Below, piece by piece: positions 1-11,497 of a DNA stretch of 64,000 bases. Origin of the DNA: Amphiscolops sp. MND2022 (taxonomy: Eukaryota); contig OZ076410.1 in the NCBI GenBank assembly GCA_964187785.1, positions 100,750,001-100,814,000 on the forward strand. Direction: 5' to 3'. The position numbers were made by a program, and so were the translations under genes. Below the pieces are notes generated by a model. The model was not told where the DNA came from. It saw only the letters and a list, made by a program, of their open reading frames with translations, and made no database searches. Each line of letters starts with the position of its first letter. Positions within the stretch are counted from its first letter, which is position 1.

Positions 1-22
1 AGATCCCAAGGATAAATTAGTC

Positions 23-2152
23 ATGAAAATCCGTGAGGACGTGCAGACTTTACCCATTGAGATAAATGTTCAATCTGCGGGGGTATCACAGGAAGAACAA
101 ATATTCTATACGAATGATGATGACGAGACAGAGGAACAGTTTTGGGCAAGGAAAGAAGCAATCAGGAAAAATCCAATGACTGATGAGCCCACTGTTACCA
201 TAGAAACTCTGTCAACCAATTTGGTCAAACAACAATCAGACATCCAAGTCCGATTAAAGAAAACAAACCAGATAATCATCGAGCAGTCCAAAGATGCAGT
301 ATTGCAACAATTGAAGGCAAAGCTCCTTCATGAAGACTATTCAGAAAACATACTGCAACAGGATGCCCGCTATAGACACTATGCAAATAATCTGGAACGA
401 ATTGTACTCAAGGACGAAATCCTGACGAGGCAATATTTTGATGAAACAGGGAATGTTAAATACCATCAAATTTTGCTCCCGCAACACCTACTTCGAGAAT
501 TGCTTCAATCCCTTCATGGAACAGCGCAAAAACATCCCGGGATTTCCAAAATGTTGCAGGAAATTAGACAGAGGTATTACTACCCTAGCATGGCTAGGCA
601 CGTCAAAAAGTGGGTAGAAGGGTGCGAACAATGTGCCAGAGACAAGCGAGTCCCTAACGCCACAATCACACCTGAATTGCTCAATTTGCTCGAATGGGAC
701 CTTGGACCTGAAGACGCCATGCAGATTGACTTACTGCCGAACCTTCCCCCAAGCGGAGGATACGAAAACGTCCTAACGGCAATCGATGTATTTTCCAGAT
801 ATTTGTTTGCTTACCCTCTCACGGACGCATCAGCAATCAATGTAGCAAAAGTGCTCATTGATATCATGACCAAACATGCATACCTACCAACAACTCTTAT
901 TACTGATAAGGGTACTGCATTCACTTCTACGATTATTGCGGAGGTTACGCAGATTCTGGGCATCACACTCAAATGTGCAACGACAAAGCACCCGCAAACA
1001 ATTGGCAAATTAGAGCGGACACATGCCTCATTAAAGACAAATCTCAAAATGGCATGTGGGGAATACCGCCGACAATGGCATAAATACTTGCCATTAGCAG
1101 TACTGAATCATAATACAAGTTACCATGCCAGCATCGGCTGTGAACCAACGAGAGTATTTCATGGCCGAATTCCCTACAATATCCTAGATCATAAGCTTGG
1201 GAATAACCCAAACGAAAAAATCAGCCCTACAACCGAATTTGCTGAAGAAATTCAGAACAGGACGAAAACCCTAATAGACAAAACGAAGCAAAATATCATG
1301 CAGTCATATATCAAATACGAGGAATATTATGACCGCAAAGCGAAAGCTGCTCCATTGAAAGAAAATGAATTCTGTTTTGTCTTACAGCCGAAAGCGGACC
1401 ATCAAGGATCGAAAATCCCATTCCGCGATTATCGTTGGGTTGGTCCATTCATAGTGCAAAAAGTCTTACCAAATGAGAATTACATTGTACGACGGCTTAA
1501 TACAAACAAAACTCAAATATTACATCGAATTCGCCTTAAAAAATTTGTCCCCAATCAACCGCTTGAGGACAATTTCCGAGAGCAACGCTTGCAGCCAGAC
1601 GAAGAAATAGTTATTCCGCAGGATGACTTATACACCATAACGTGGGAAACCGACTTTGGCGAGCAGCTAACTATACGAGACAACGAAGCTATTCCGACTA
1701 GCTTACCGAATGGCGAACAGCCGAGTACGACACAAATTAACAATGACGCAAACGAGAGTGACGCGGATTATATAATCACGCGAGAAACGAATCAAGACAA
1801 TACGGCACACAGCCGGAATGACCGCTTAGGTGACAACGTCACAAAGAGAATTCAAAATAATGATGCAAATAGAAATAAAGGATCTGATTGGCCAAATCCG
1901 GCCGCTAACCCAAATACTCAAGAAAAATCTTTACCGAGTACAGCAAATGCACCGGAAAATCATGAAATTTTGTCAGAAAGAAATCCGCTAAATGAAAACG
2001 ATGCACAAAATTCTCCAAATAGGGGGGATGATATTATCGTGCCCGAAATATCTGAAAACGATGCTAGAAATGAAAGCCTGAGCCCTAGAGGAGGAAAATA
2101 TAACCTCAGGCCTAATCCCAACCCGAACTACTCAGAAGACTATAGATACTAG
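23..2152 (+). CDS. Gypsy Pol C-terminus: integrase (HHCC zinc finger, DDE core, GPF/Y module)
   Basis: LHGTAQKHPG...CEQC zinc finger; QIDLL / DVFSRYLF / LITDKGTAFTS / IGKLERTH catalytic core; RWVGPFIV motif; 709 aa open frame. Confidence 0.95.
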   Translation: MKIREDVQTLPIEINVQSAGVSQEEQIFYTNDDDETEEQFWARKEAIRKNPMTDEPTVTIETLSTNLVKQQSDIQVRLKKTNQIIIEQSKDAVLQQLKAKLLHEDYSENILQQDARYRHYANNLERIVLKDEILTRQYFDETGNVKYHQILLPQHLLRELLQSLHGTAQKHPGISKMLQEIRQRYYYPSMARHVKKWVEGCEQCARDKRVPNATITPELLNLLEWDLGPEDAMQIDLLPNLPPSGGYENVLTAIDVFSRYLFAYPLTDASAINVAKVLIDIMTKHAYLPTTLITDKGTAFTSTIIAEVTQILGITLKCATTKHPQTIGKLERTHASLKTNLKMACGEYRRQWHKYLPLAVLNHNTSYHASIGCEPTRVFHGRIPYNILDHKLGNNPNEKISPTTEFAEEIQNRTKTLIDKTKQNIMQSYIKYEEYYDRKAKAAPLKENEFCFVLQPKADHQGSKIPFRDYRWVGPFIVQKVLPNENYIVRRLNTNKTQILHRIRLKKFVPNQPLEDNFREQRLQPDEEIVIPQDDLYTITWETDFGEQLTIRDNEAIPTSLPNGEQPSTTQINNDANESDADYIITRETNQDNTAHSRNDRLGDNVTKRIQNNDANRNKGSDWPNPAANPNTQEKSLPSTANAPENHEILSERNPLNENDAQNSPNRGDDIIVPEISENDARNESLSPRGGKYNLRPNPNPNYSEDYRY

Positions 2153-2380
2153 AGGAAATTAAATTCGATTCAGGAGACTAGCCCTGAATTGTTTTGCCTT
2201 TTCTCTTTTTTATCTTTTATCTTTTAGTCCCAAGGCGATTCTTTTGAATAAATAATTGGGACAGCCAACAAAACCCCTTCAGAAGAATAAATACGGGGCA
2301 AAGAAAGAACAGAAATGGAAATTCAACAAAAGAAATAAACAAAGTTTACAGTTTGAGAGTACATATATACATATGCACAT

Positions 2381-5300
2381 TTAGTTTTTAGAACTGCTAG
2401 CTGAAGATTCGTCGGCAACAGATGAAGTCCTGGAACGCGAAATGGCCCTCTCCAATCGTCTTCGCTTGCTACCACTGGGAAGCTTTACTGCAGAAGCATC
2501 AGGGATGGAAGAAGTATCTGCTATAGTGGGACTGCGGAATTGAAACTCTGACCCAGAAAGCATAGAGCGGTAAGATGTAACAAGGGTCTTGTAGATAGCG
2601 GTCCGGCCGAAACCGTCCACAAAAGGCCAAGGGTCATAATCGGCGGCGAAAGCGGATTGCCCGAAAGAAGAAGACAAATGCTGGAACTTCTCAAGCAGGG
2701 GCTCACTGCAGCAGGCCAGTAAGGAATCAGGACCCGAAGTCAAATAGCTCTGACAGGGTAAGATCACATCTGCCAAACGGGATTGAAGCCCTGTTGTATC
2801 AATTCTCCCAAAGGAAACTGGGGGGTATTCAGGACTGACGGTAGTTATGCAGAGACAGCTTAACTTAAACAGGTAACAAAGATGATCATGGGACTGGAGG
2901 AATTCCAAATTCATAAAGAAATCAATGAGATCAGGGGGATCCTTGGCTGAGCTAAATTCAGCGGAGTGATTGTTCCGGAGGTGGTCCAATAGGGCAACAT
3001 ACTCGTCCCGGCAAGCTGACTCGTTGAATTCCGAGACCCAGAAACGCAGCTGGAATGTGGAGTACAGGCAATCAAAATGGCGCAAAGCAACATCCACTGG
3101 CCGTTTGAATAGAATGTATGGGTCGAACGCAGCCAACCCCTTGATAAGGTCGGAACTTAGCTCAGTATGTTGAAGAACCTCTGACAACAGGAACTTGATG
3201 TAACTTTTGGCGCTTGACGTGAAATCTGATTTGGCCTGGTCGGCAGTCTTACTGATCGCTGCTTTACTGGGCTTCTTGTTGAAGTGGAGCCCAGCTGCCT
3301 TCAAATTGCTTGCTGTGGTGACTTTGCCAGCGATCTTGAGACGCACTAGAAAGTCCTCGTCTCCCATAAATGTGCCCTGATTGAGCTGGAAATTCATCAG
3401 TAGGAACCAGGCGTTCTCGAGTGGCACTGTATCTGGCTGGAAGATACGGAAGCAGAGGCGGTTGATATATTTGCACAGCTCGCCACAAAGGAAGAAGGAG
3501 GCATCACGTCTCTGGCTCAAATTGGCGACGAAGCTGGTGACATCTGAAATTCATAAATTAATGGCCCTTAATAGGACAACAGACCGAAGGGATCTTAGTA
3601 GATTGAGAATACTCACAATCGCTGACCAAACGTTGGAAAAGCTCCAATTTGACAGCAAAGAAGTTGTCCATGATGAGGGACCATTCAAAGCTCTGGACCT
3701 AGAAAGAAAGCAATGTGAACATCTTGGAACTTACCCAACAACGATAGTACAAGGAAAGCAATTACTACGATTCCCTATGTAAAGAAAATACCACTTGAAG
3801 TTCATAACCTTATTGTGTACTCCTTGATTCTCTTGACGAGATGAATGGGCTGTGAGATAGTGGAGGATTGTTTTCCACTTCTTCGACAAGATTCGGCAAA
3901 GCTCAGGAATTTTCTCCACTTCCAGTCTGCAGGTCGTGATTGCCTAAACAAAGTGATCCTTAGGATTGGAATTCCAACTGAAGTTACTTACCACCCCCTA
4001 CCAGTGTAATGTAAATTAAGTGCGTAAACTAGACTCACTCGGACAAGTTCAGGTGACTCCGAAACCCAGTCTTCAGAAAGGCATCCTCCGAGTGAGACTA
4101 TGAGGCTTTGGAGAACAGAAAACATGTCTATATGCCCAAACACACTATAGTTCCTCTTGTGCATCAAGGTGCGCAAGTCGAGGAGTTCGAACCGAAAGCA
4201 ACTTTGAACCCCACGTGGGTAGGCTGGGTGATGGTCCACCGTCTTGATCAGGTCAACAGCACAACCCGAGATCGCAACTATGTCAGGAGCAGTATATACA
4301 ACGGATAGCAATCGAGATAAGGAGCCCAGTTCCTCTGTGAGTCCAGCGCCAGTGAGGCCACTTCTGCAGATGAACAGACGGCAGAGTTTCGCTCCTTCCC
4401 AGAATCGCAGGGACATAAAGCCCCCCCCCCTCTTCTCAAACTCAACTGCGAAATGCTGAGAGGCGGAGACCTGTTCAGCCACTTCCTCCATCAGGCAATT
4501 GAAGACATGTTGGAAAATGGCCTGAAATGGAACAAAATCAGATCGTTAACATGACGTCACTTTCCTGACCCTTCCCTACCAACTAATCCAACTTTTGGAA
4601 AACAACTGAGGGATCTTACCATGATGTGGTCCTCATTCCAATTGAAGTCCTGGAAAGCCGACTGAAACCCAGTGTAGCTCCCAACTCGCGACCACAGTTT
4701 TTGAAGCAGCGCCAGATCACCAGAACCTTGAATGAAGTCTCCCAAGAGACATATCTGTGTTCGCAACCGGGACTGTGGAGTAACGGGAGCGGAAGTATGG
4801 CCTTGCAGGTAATCCTCGTAGAATGGATTTCTTTCTCCAACGTCAACGAGCTCTGTATGTATGAATCTGGGTAGCTCATCAGCGAGTTCCTTCTTGCTAA
4901 GGATCTTGCCATTCCTCCCCCTAACGCGATGTTGAACCTTCCCAGTAACAGGATCCACCGTCTTGAGGTGTTCATACCTCCACCTCTGGTCTCGGCGCAG
5001 ATGCTTTTCGGTCCTGTGATGGCGTAGGATTTCAACGGTACCCTTGGTTTTGATGCTGAAATTCTTTTTACACATGTGGCACCATACCATGTGTGGATTG
5101 TGGAGGGGATCAGAAGGCCCAGAGATAAATGATCTTGTCCACCCAATTTTGGAAAGGAACTCTCTCATGGGTACCCCTCGCCTGGAAACTTTTTTCACTT
5201 TGACCGGTCTTGCGGTTGTAGTGCTTTTCCGAGACCTCTGGGTGGGTGTCCTATCTCGGATCTCAGAGAGGGTAATGTCGAGGCTACTCCTTCCACCAGT

Positions 5301-6644
5301 CTCAGCTCCCTCCTCAGAAGAATCTTGTGGCTGCGCTGGCTGAGGCGTTTGGGGAGAACCCCGGAGGTCTACAATCCCGAGAGTCTGGTTGATGAGAGCC
5401 ATTTCGGTGGGACTGTCACTCTCGTTAGGATCAAGGAAATCACTGACGTTCTGGAGCAGACTCATGTCAGTTTGTGACTCGTATCCTGACCCGACTTCAG
5501 CCAAAGTTCCCTCAGAACTGGATCCAGCAGGCAAATTGGAACCAGGAGTGGACGGTCGGGTCCGAATCTGAAATTTCTCCGTCCTTGAGGGAGCTGTTGC
5601 AGGTGTTCCTCTGACAGCTCCAATTACCATCCTTTCCATAGTCGAGCAAGTCATGTTGATGGCCTCATCGGTTAAAACCCGAAGCAAGTGGTAAACCTGT
5701 GGCTCAGTAAACGCAACGACTCTTTGGCCGACCGGAAAGGTATAAGGATCCTCAGTCTCGAAGTATTGCTTCAAGGTGGCTCGACTCCGCCCTGACAAGT
5801 TTCGTAAAGTGTCGTTTTGACCTGAGTGGTCAGCTCTGGATGTGCCGGGCTGGCCCGGATCGTGAACTTCTGAGCCTGATTCATCTCCAGTTTCTGATTG
5901 TTGTGCAGAGTCAAAAGGATTAATGGCATATAACGGTGGGCACTCGCCTTGGCTAACGCTTTCTGATGTTTGATTGACATCACTGGACTCGCCAATATCT
6001 TCAACTTGATTTTTCCCCCCAGGGAGTGGAGGGGGTTCCATGACAGAAGAGGAGGCATCCCCTTCGGACTGTAGGAACGAAACTTCGGGCATCTCTTCTG
6101 TCTGATCTTGAATGACTTGCAGCTCAGGGAAACCTGTACTCATCTTCGGCGTCACTGAAAGCGAAGTTTCGAGTTGGGTAAGACTATCTACTGAAGTCCC
6201 TGGCTGATCTGGAGGATTAGGTGTACTAGATCGTACAAATTCAGCATCGTGGTCTGCAATTTGGGCTAATTGGCCTTGGGCCGCATTGGGATTCTTTTCG
6301 ACGTTATCAGCAGAATTAGCCTCGGTAAGTCCTTGCATGGTTTCCATCCTCTGAAGCCCCTGACCTGCATAGATGACGGCACTGGCGTTGTTCGCACCAT
6401 GGAAGGAAATGTCTGCAGCTACGTGTTCAGTTTGGTCACGAGCAGCCCTGATTGGAGGGAAAGGAGGCGGTGAAGGATTAACTCCAGGAACATATCCAGA
6501 CACGGAGATGGGGACTGGGCGTTGAATAGCTCCGGCGGAATTGTCAATCGTGTTGGTGGTTTGAACTTGAAGTTCATCAGGATTCTGATTATCTAAGCAG
6601 AAAGAGATGAAATTTGGCGGTAAGCTTCCTTGAAAGAAATCCAT
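2381..6644 (-). CDS. Spliced antisense cargo gene of about 1295 aa: long acidic/disordered N-terminus, BED-type zinc finger and degenerate hAT-transposase body
   Basis: Exons 4620-6644, 4039-4521, 3809-3943, 3617-3698 and 2381-3543 join in frame through GT-AG introns of 98, 95, 110 and 73 nt (donors GTAAGA, GTGAGT, GTTATG, GTGAGT; the third is least certain). The motif WCHMCKKNFSIKTKGTVEILRHHRTEKH resembles hAT BED fingers. HFAVEFEK...MSLRFW aligns by eye with the first hAT catalytic strand but lacks the Asp. Confidence 0.7.
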
Positions 6645-7708
6645 TACGCCGCATTAGAAAACTTCCGGAAGTGTTTTGAAGAATTTAAATGAAACGACTT
6701 ATCACGTGTTCATTAGTGGATTCAGGAAGCGTTTTGTGAACAAATTCGACCCTGATCAAGTTGAACTAGTTCAAAATAGGAGAAAATCAAACCAACCTGT
6801 ATTAGAAGACATTCTGTTGAAACAGTCCACTTGGATACAGTCCCGATCCGGACGTTGTTGTAGAGGGGAATTCGAAGTGCTAGGGGATGAAGCAAAGAGA
6901 AAGAATCTGCGACGAAGCAGGACGTGGTCCGATGCAGGCACCAAGACGAAATTGACGATGGAGATGAAGATTAAATTCCGAATGGAAGAATAAATGAAAC
7001 AATAATTGGAATTGAATCAGGAATTGAATGAGTAAAGAATTACTAAAAGTTGGAGTTCGTGGCTGAAGGTTATTACCAGACTAATATTATGGGATTATCT
7101 ACATATTTATTCTGTACATGGAGTCTGCCAGCGAAGTGTACAAGAAACTTTGGTATTTACAGCTTACTTAGTTAGTGGCCTATTCCGGCCGTTTGACCAA
7201 TTACTCTTTATCGTTTCGTTCAGTTATCTTAGTTATTCTTTATTTAAAAAGAGGGAAAAATCCGCCATTTTGAATTATTTTGATTCATTATTTTCGCCAT
7301 TTTATTATTTAATTACCATTTTATCAGAGCTTAACTCTGATTGGCTGAAGCCATGTTGAAAGAATCTAGCGGCGCGTGTTGTTAATTGATCCGAAGCAAG
7401 CCGTTAATTACCCACTTGAAGAGAAGATATTTGATATCAACAACTTGAGTGCTGCTTACATCTACACTAGTGATGGCTTAGATAAAAGACAAACACCTAT
7501 TTAATCGGAGCCGCCAACCCCGTTTAGGAATTCCATTCAGGAAAGTTTACGATGAATCGGGACAATCAACCTGAGATTATCCCGCTAAATTGGAAACTTC
7601 GGGAAGAGTCCTAACTCGGAATTTGGGGAGGTGATAAGCTCATTCCGATTTCAAACTCGCTCACGACAAGTTGACTAGAAAACCTTCAAAATTGCGAAAA
7701 AATTAATA

Positions 7709-8479
7709 ATGGAGAAATTCAACAAAGCGAGAAAGCTCTTTGGTTCTCTTGACTTTAGCTCGGACTCATCAAACAACTCTGTGATCTATATCAGTAGCGA
7801 CGAGGAAACATCCGAAGGATGGGACTCAGATTGGTCAACGGACACGGAGGAACTGGTGAGGAGGGTTGAAACTCAAGTACAAGCCCAACCGATACCCATA
7901 GCAGGAAGAAGACTAACTACGGCAAGTGATGAGCCTGGACCCAGCACTGTGTCGCCCAACAAGCAGACCACGCCAAAGTTAGACAAGAAATACTTTGATG
8001 AGAAACTTTGCTATGCTCCAACTAGAGGCAACACAAAAAGGAGGATAGAGCTGTGCAAGACAATTCTGCCAGTTCTAGAGTCTCCACTATCTCCGCCTGC
8101 CCATGAGAAGGGGCCGTCAATGGACACTCCGCTACTACAGTCTGAAAACAGTGGATTCCATGCCTCTTTCCATATTCAGAATGCACTTCCTTACACGGAC
8201 ATCAGTACCCAGAGATGTACGAGTTGCATGGTCTGTGGAAAGTCAGTAGACGAAATAAAGGCAATGAAGGTGACTCGCTATATGGAAGCTTCGACGCCTA
8301 GGAGCGAACCGGCGTACATAACGGCTCTCAGGAAAGAAGCCTATATCAATGGTCTTAATGCAGGCAGTCTTCTCTTCATCGCACCCGCTGTGTCGCAGGC
8401 TGCCGCCTGTGACGGCACAAGAATCACAACAACGACTGTCGGCCAAAATGTGGCTCCTGGGACCCTACCCATTTATTAA
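7709..8479 (+). CDS. Accessory ORF of unknown function (256 aa; acidic N-terminus, CTSCMVC cluster)
   Basis: ATG-initiated 256 aa ORF with coding-like composition inside the Gypsy boundaries, divergent from the antisense gene. Confidence 0.55.
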   Translation: MEKFNKARKLFGSLDFSSDSSNNSVIYISSDEETSEGWDSDWSTDTEELVRRVETQVQAQPIPIAGRRLTTASDEPGPSTVSPNKQTTPKLDKKYFDEKLCYAPTRGNTKRRIELCKTILPVLESPLSPPAHEKGPSMDTPLLQSENSGFHASFHIQNALPYTDISTQRCTSCMVCGKSVDEIKAMKVTRYMEASTPRSEPAYITALRKEAYINGLNAGSLLFIAPAVSQAAACDGTRITTTTVGQNVAPGTLPIY

Positions 8480-8801
8480 AAGTAAACTGAAACTCTTCTT
8501 TAAAACTTTTTCATTTCTATGTATCTTGTTGCCTTGTTATTTTAAAACTGCCCAAAAGGACCGTCCCAGGGCATATTCCCTTACTCCCGAACCAAAAATG
8601 TGCTTATTACTTATTTGCAGACAACTTTAGTTTTGAATGTTAATGATATATTAGTCTGTTAACATGAATAGTGTTGTGTTGTTGTTTTGTAAATGCAATG
8701 AAGTGTTATTCAGAGATAATAGCAATCAACTAAGAGAGAGTACGGAAACGTGTTCAAATGGTTCCCTGTACTTTCCTACTAGCGTCACTTGCGCTCACCA
8801 T

Positions 8802-9408
8802 ATTGGCCAATCAGGTGCTTCCATTTTGTATTCTTTATTCTCTTTTGCCGATTACGGCCGTTGTCCAATTAGGACAAGTGTGCTATTAATACTGTTCAGG
8901 CAGGCGGCCTAATCTGGCTACTTAGTCTTCAACAAGCAAAGCACTTGTATGTGGCGCTAATTGCATGTAATAATATTTATGTGGTAGTAGGCTTTGATCA
9001 TCATGAAGTACCAATTTGAAGTACTATTTAATGTTTTGTTGTGTTATTAGTAAATAGTTGCCCAATCTCGCTCTAATATAGCCATGTTGCATGGGAGTTG
9101 ATGTTATTGCCCTAACAGGCCTTTTGCCATTGTACTCGCGAAAGGAATTTAGACCTAACATATTTGTTGTGCTGTCACGTGCTAAAGTATGTGTAATTAT
9201 ATCAACAAATACCAGTTCGATGAAAATATCTTGTCAATTTGCTATGAAATATGTGAACGATGCTTACGGTTAAATGATTGTCCCTTTGATGTGTGATATT
9301 TGAAACGGATAGCATTTACCTCGTGACCATCAAAAATGTGATCATATGATATTGTCTTGTTCATGGAATGTAAAGAATTGGAGTGTCATTCTTTCGGGGG
9401 TATAAATA
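8802..9408 (+). promoter_or_regulatory. Putative LTR U3 promoter: palindromic CCAAT pair and TATA box
   Basis: ATTGGCCAAT at 8802-8811; TATAAATA at 9401-9408 within GGGTAT-AA-ATACCC, about 140 nt upstream of the ATG at 9541. Confidence 0.45.
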
Positions 9409-9540
9409 CCCGTGCCTCTGGAAGAGAAGACACTTACTAATTTGCTCTCTTCTGGAAAGGACTATCATATTGAATACAAACGGTTCCACTGTTATTTTCG
9501 AGATAAAACCTAATTCAATTTTATACTCGAAGTTTTCTCT

Positions 9541-10126
9541 ATGCCTACTACAAGGAAACAAAAGAAGACTAGAAAGTCTCGAGGATTAGAAGTCCTTTCT
9601 GATATTGAAAACCTAGATGTAATGCTAGGAAGCAACCCTTACAATAGGACTGAAAGAGAAAGGAGTTTAGACAATAACTCTATTGAAAGGAGAGGAAGTA
9701 TCATAAGCAATGACTTGGACAATGAAGGCGAAAGTCTATTCTCTAACTGCAGGAATGATGAACCTAGGACAAGTGCCGATTTCGGCCAAAACTCAGCCGA
9801 AGCAAACTCACCGGCTGAGATAAACAGGTTGTCAAGCGAATTGAACTCTAGGATATCCCGTGAGATGGATGAAATGATGAATAATGTTGGGTCGCAGATC
9901 CAAAGGGCCATTAATGAGGCGATCAGCAGTCAAGTATTGCCTCAAATACAGAATATCATAATGGCCGGATCAGGCCGAGAGACAAGAAGGGGATGGGAAG
10001 TCCCAGTTGAGAGACCAGAAATAAATGCCGAAGAACAACAGGTTCTTAACGCTAAAGCTGGTTGTAGAAATGAACAATGTGATGGGTACCGGACAAATGG
10101 GCCATCTACCCGTACTGTTCATGACA
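9541..10126 (+). CDS. Gag-like N-terminal ORF (MPTTRKQKK...), ending at the putative LTR terminus
   Basis: Basic N-terminus and coiled-coil-like EINRLSSELNSRISREMDEMM. The frame stays open to 10126 and then runs into MITE sequence. Gag identity is inferred from its position after the TATA box. Confidence 0.5.
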
Positions 10127-11008
10127 CTATTGTTTTTCGCTATTCGCTAAACCGCTAATTTCAAATTCGCTATTTCGCTGAAAAAGTTTTTCTCCAAACT
10201 ATTAAATATTCAACTTTGAGTATGTTTCAAAAGGCACCGCGACAATTCGTACAAACTACATTTCGTACAATAGCCAAAAACCCGACATTTGTACACGGAC
10301 AATTGGTACAAAAATGAAACCGGACATTTCGTACAAAAGACATTTCGTACAAAATCAAATTGAACAGATTTGCAAAATAGGTCTCAAACAACAGAATTAC
10401 TAGCTTTCAGTGCTGTTACAGCCAATATGTATGGAACTTGATTCGATTAAAGAGGTTAGCATATATGTTGTATGGCTCGGTCGCTTCGCTCCCTTCGCCA
10501 AGTAGCAACATTGAGGCATGGCCAAATGGCACGTCGCTCCGCTTCGCTTCGCTCCTGCATTTAGGGCACTAGGGGTATGTGAACATAGCTGACTACGTTA
10601 TAATAATGAGTTGTTTAATATAAATTGCACGAAATGTCTGGTTTCGTTTTTGTACGAAATGTCTGGTTTCGCTTTTGTACGAAATATCTGGTTTTGGTTT
10701 TTGTACGAGATGTCGTGTGTACGAATTGTCGTGTGTACGAATTGTCGTGCCCCCGTTTCAAAATTAATTGATAACCTAAATCACTTTTTCAATAAAAAAA
10801 ACTTTCATTTTGCAACACTGAGTGGGTTTACCAAAGTAAGACTTGGAATTTTTCGAAATTCACTCTGAAACCCCGTGTATACTTTTAGCAAAATTGATTT
10901 TAGACATTCTATTAGTTGCTACTATTTTGAATCGCTAATGAAATCGCTGAAAAATAGATACGTGGTCGCTAATTCGCTAAATCGCTAATAAGCGGTGTCA
11001 AAATTCTG
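10127..11008. mobile_element. hAT-like MITE with (T)AGCG subterminal repeats; left terminus disrupted by the Gypsy end
   Basis: Right end GCGGTGTCAAAATTCTG (11008). Family members at about 15515-15842 (ends GTCATAACCCTG) and from 60465 (CAGAGTTTTGCCACCGCTAA). Confidence 0.55.
10233..10754. mobile_element. Mutator-like foldback MITE with 9-bp TSD
   Basis: TSD GTTTCAAAA at 10224-10232 and 10755-10763. Inverted termini share CGACAATTCGTACA. Inverted arrays of GACATTTCGTACAAAA. Confidence 0.75.
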
Positions 11009-11497
11009 TTTTTGGGTTTCCTACATTCTTTGAAAAACCTGACGTACTCCAAGATAGTTTCACGAGATCGTTTATGGAGTCCTCCGTTGCGAAATTCATG
11101 GCGAAAAAGATCAAGCACAATTGCACGAGGAAAAAAAGGGCTTTTAAAGCAGATTTTGGAATCTATTTTTGTCTCTTGCTTTGACTGTCCGGGCACCCAG
11201 AATAACTAGTTGCGAGCAATTTAATCAAAACAGAACATTAGTACGTAAGTTTTGTTATTCTAATGTTTCGTTAATCGCGAAATTGCTAATAATAAATCAG
11301 TTAAATTGCTTAAAACATTTGAGTCCAGGATTCAGCTTCCAAATTGGAAAAGCTGTTCTAGATTTATTGCGACTTCTAAGAAAACGGTGGAGTTTCAAGT
11401 ATCGGGTGGTAGAACCGAACCATTTTCGGCGCCAGTTTTACCTTTCGACAATAATCTACTGAATTGCAAAAAATGTTCATTTATTGCGTATGTTTTT

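Larger units (their letters stand above)
1..10126 (+). mobile_element. Large Ty3/Gypsy LTR retrotransposon (3' part: integrase, accessory cargo genes, putative 3' LTR), in a dynein intron, antisense to the host gene
   Basis: Integrase ORF 23-2152 is followed by about 8 kb of non-HINE sequence with cargo ORFs and promoter motifs. It ends at ...TGTTCATGACA (10126, an LTR-type CA end), where a MITE sequence resumes. The 5' part lies outside the window. Confidence 0.75.
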
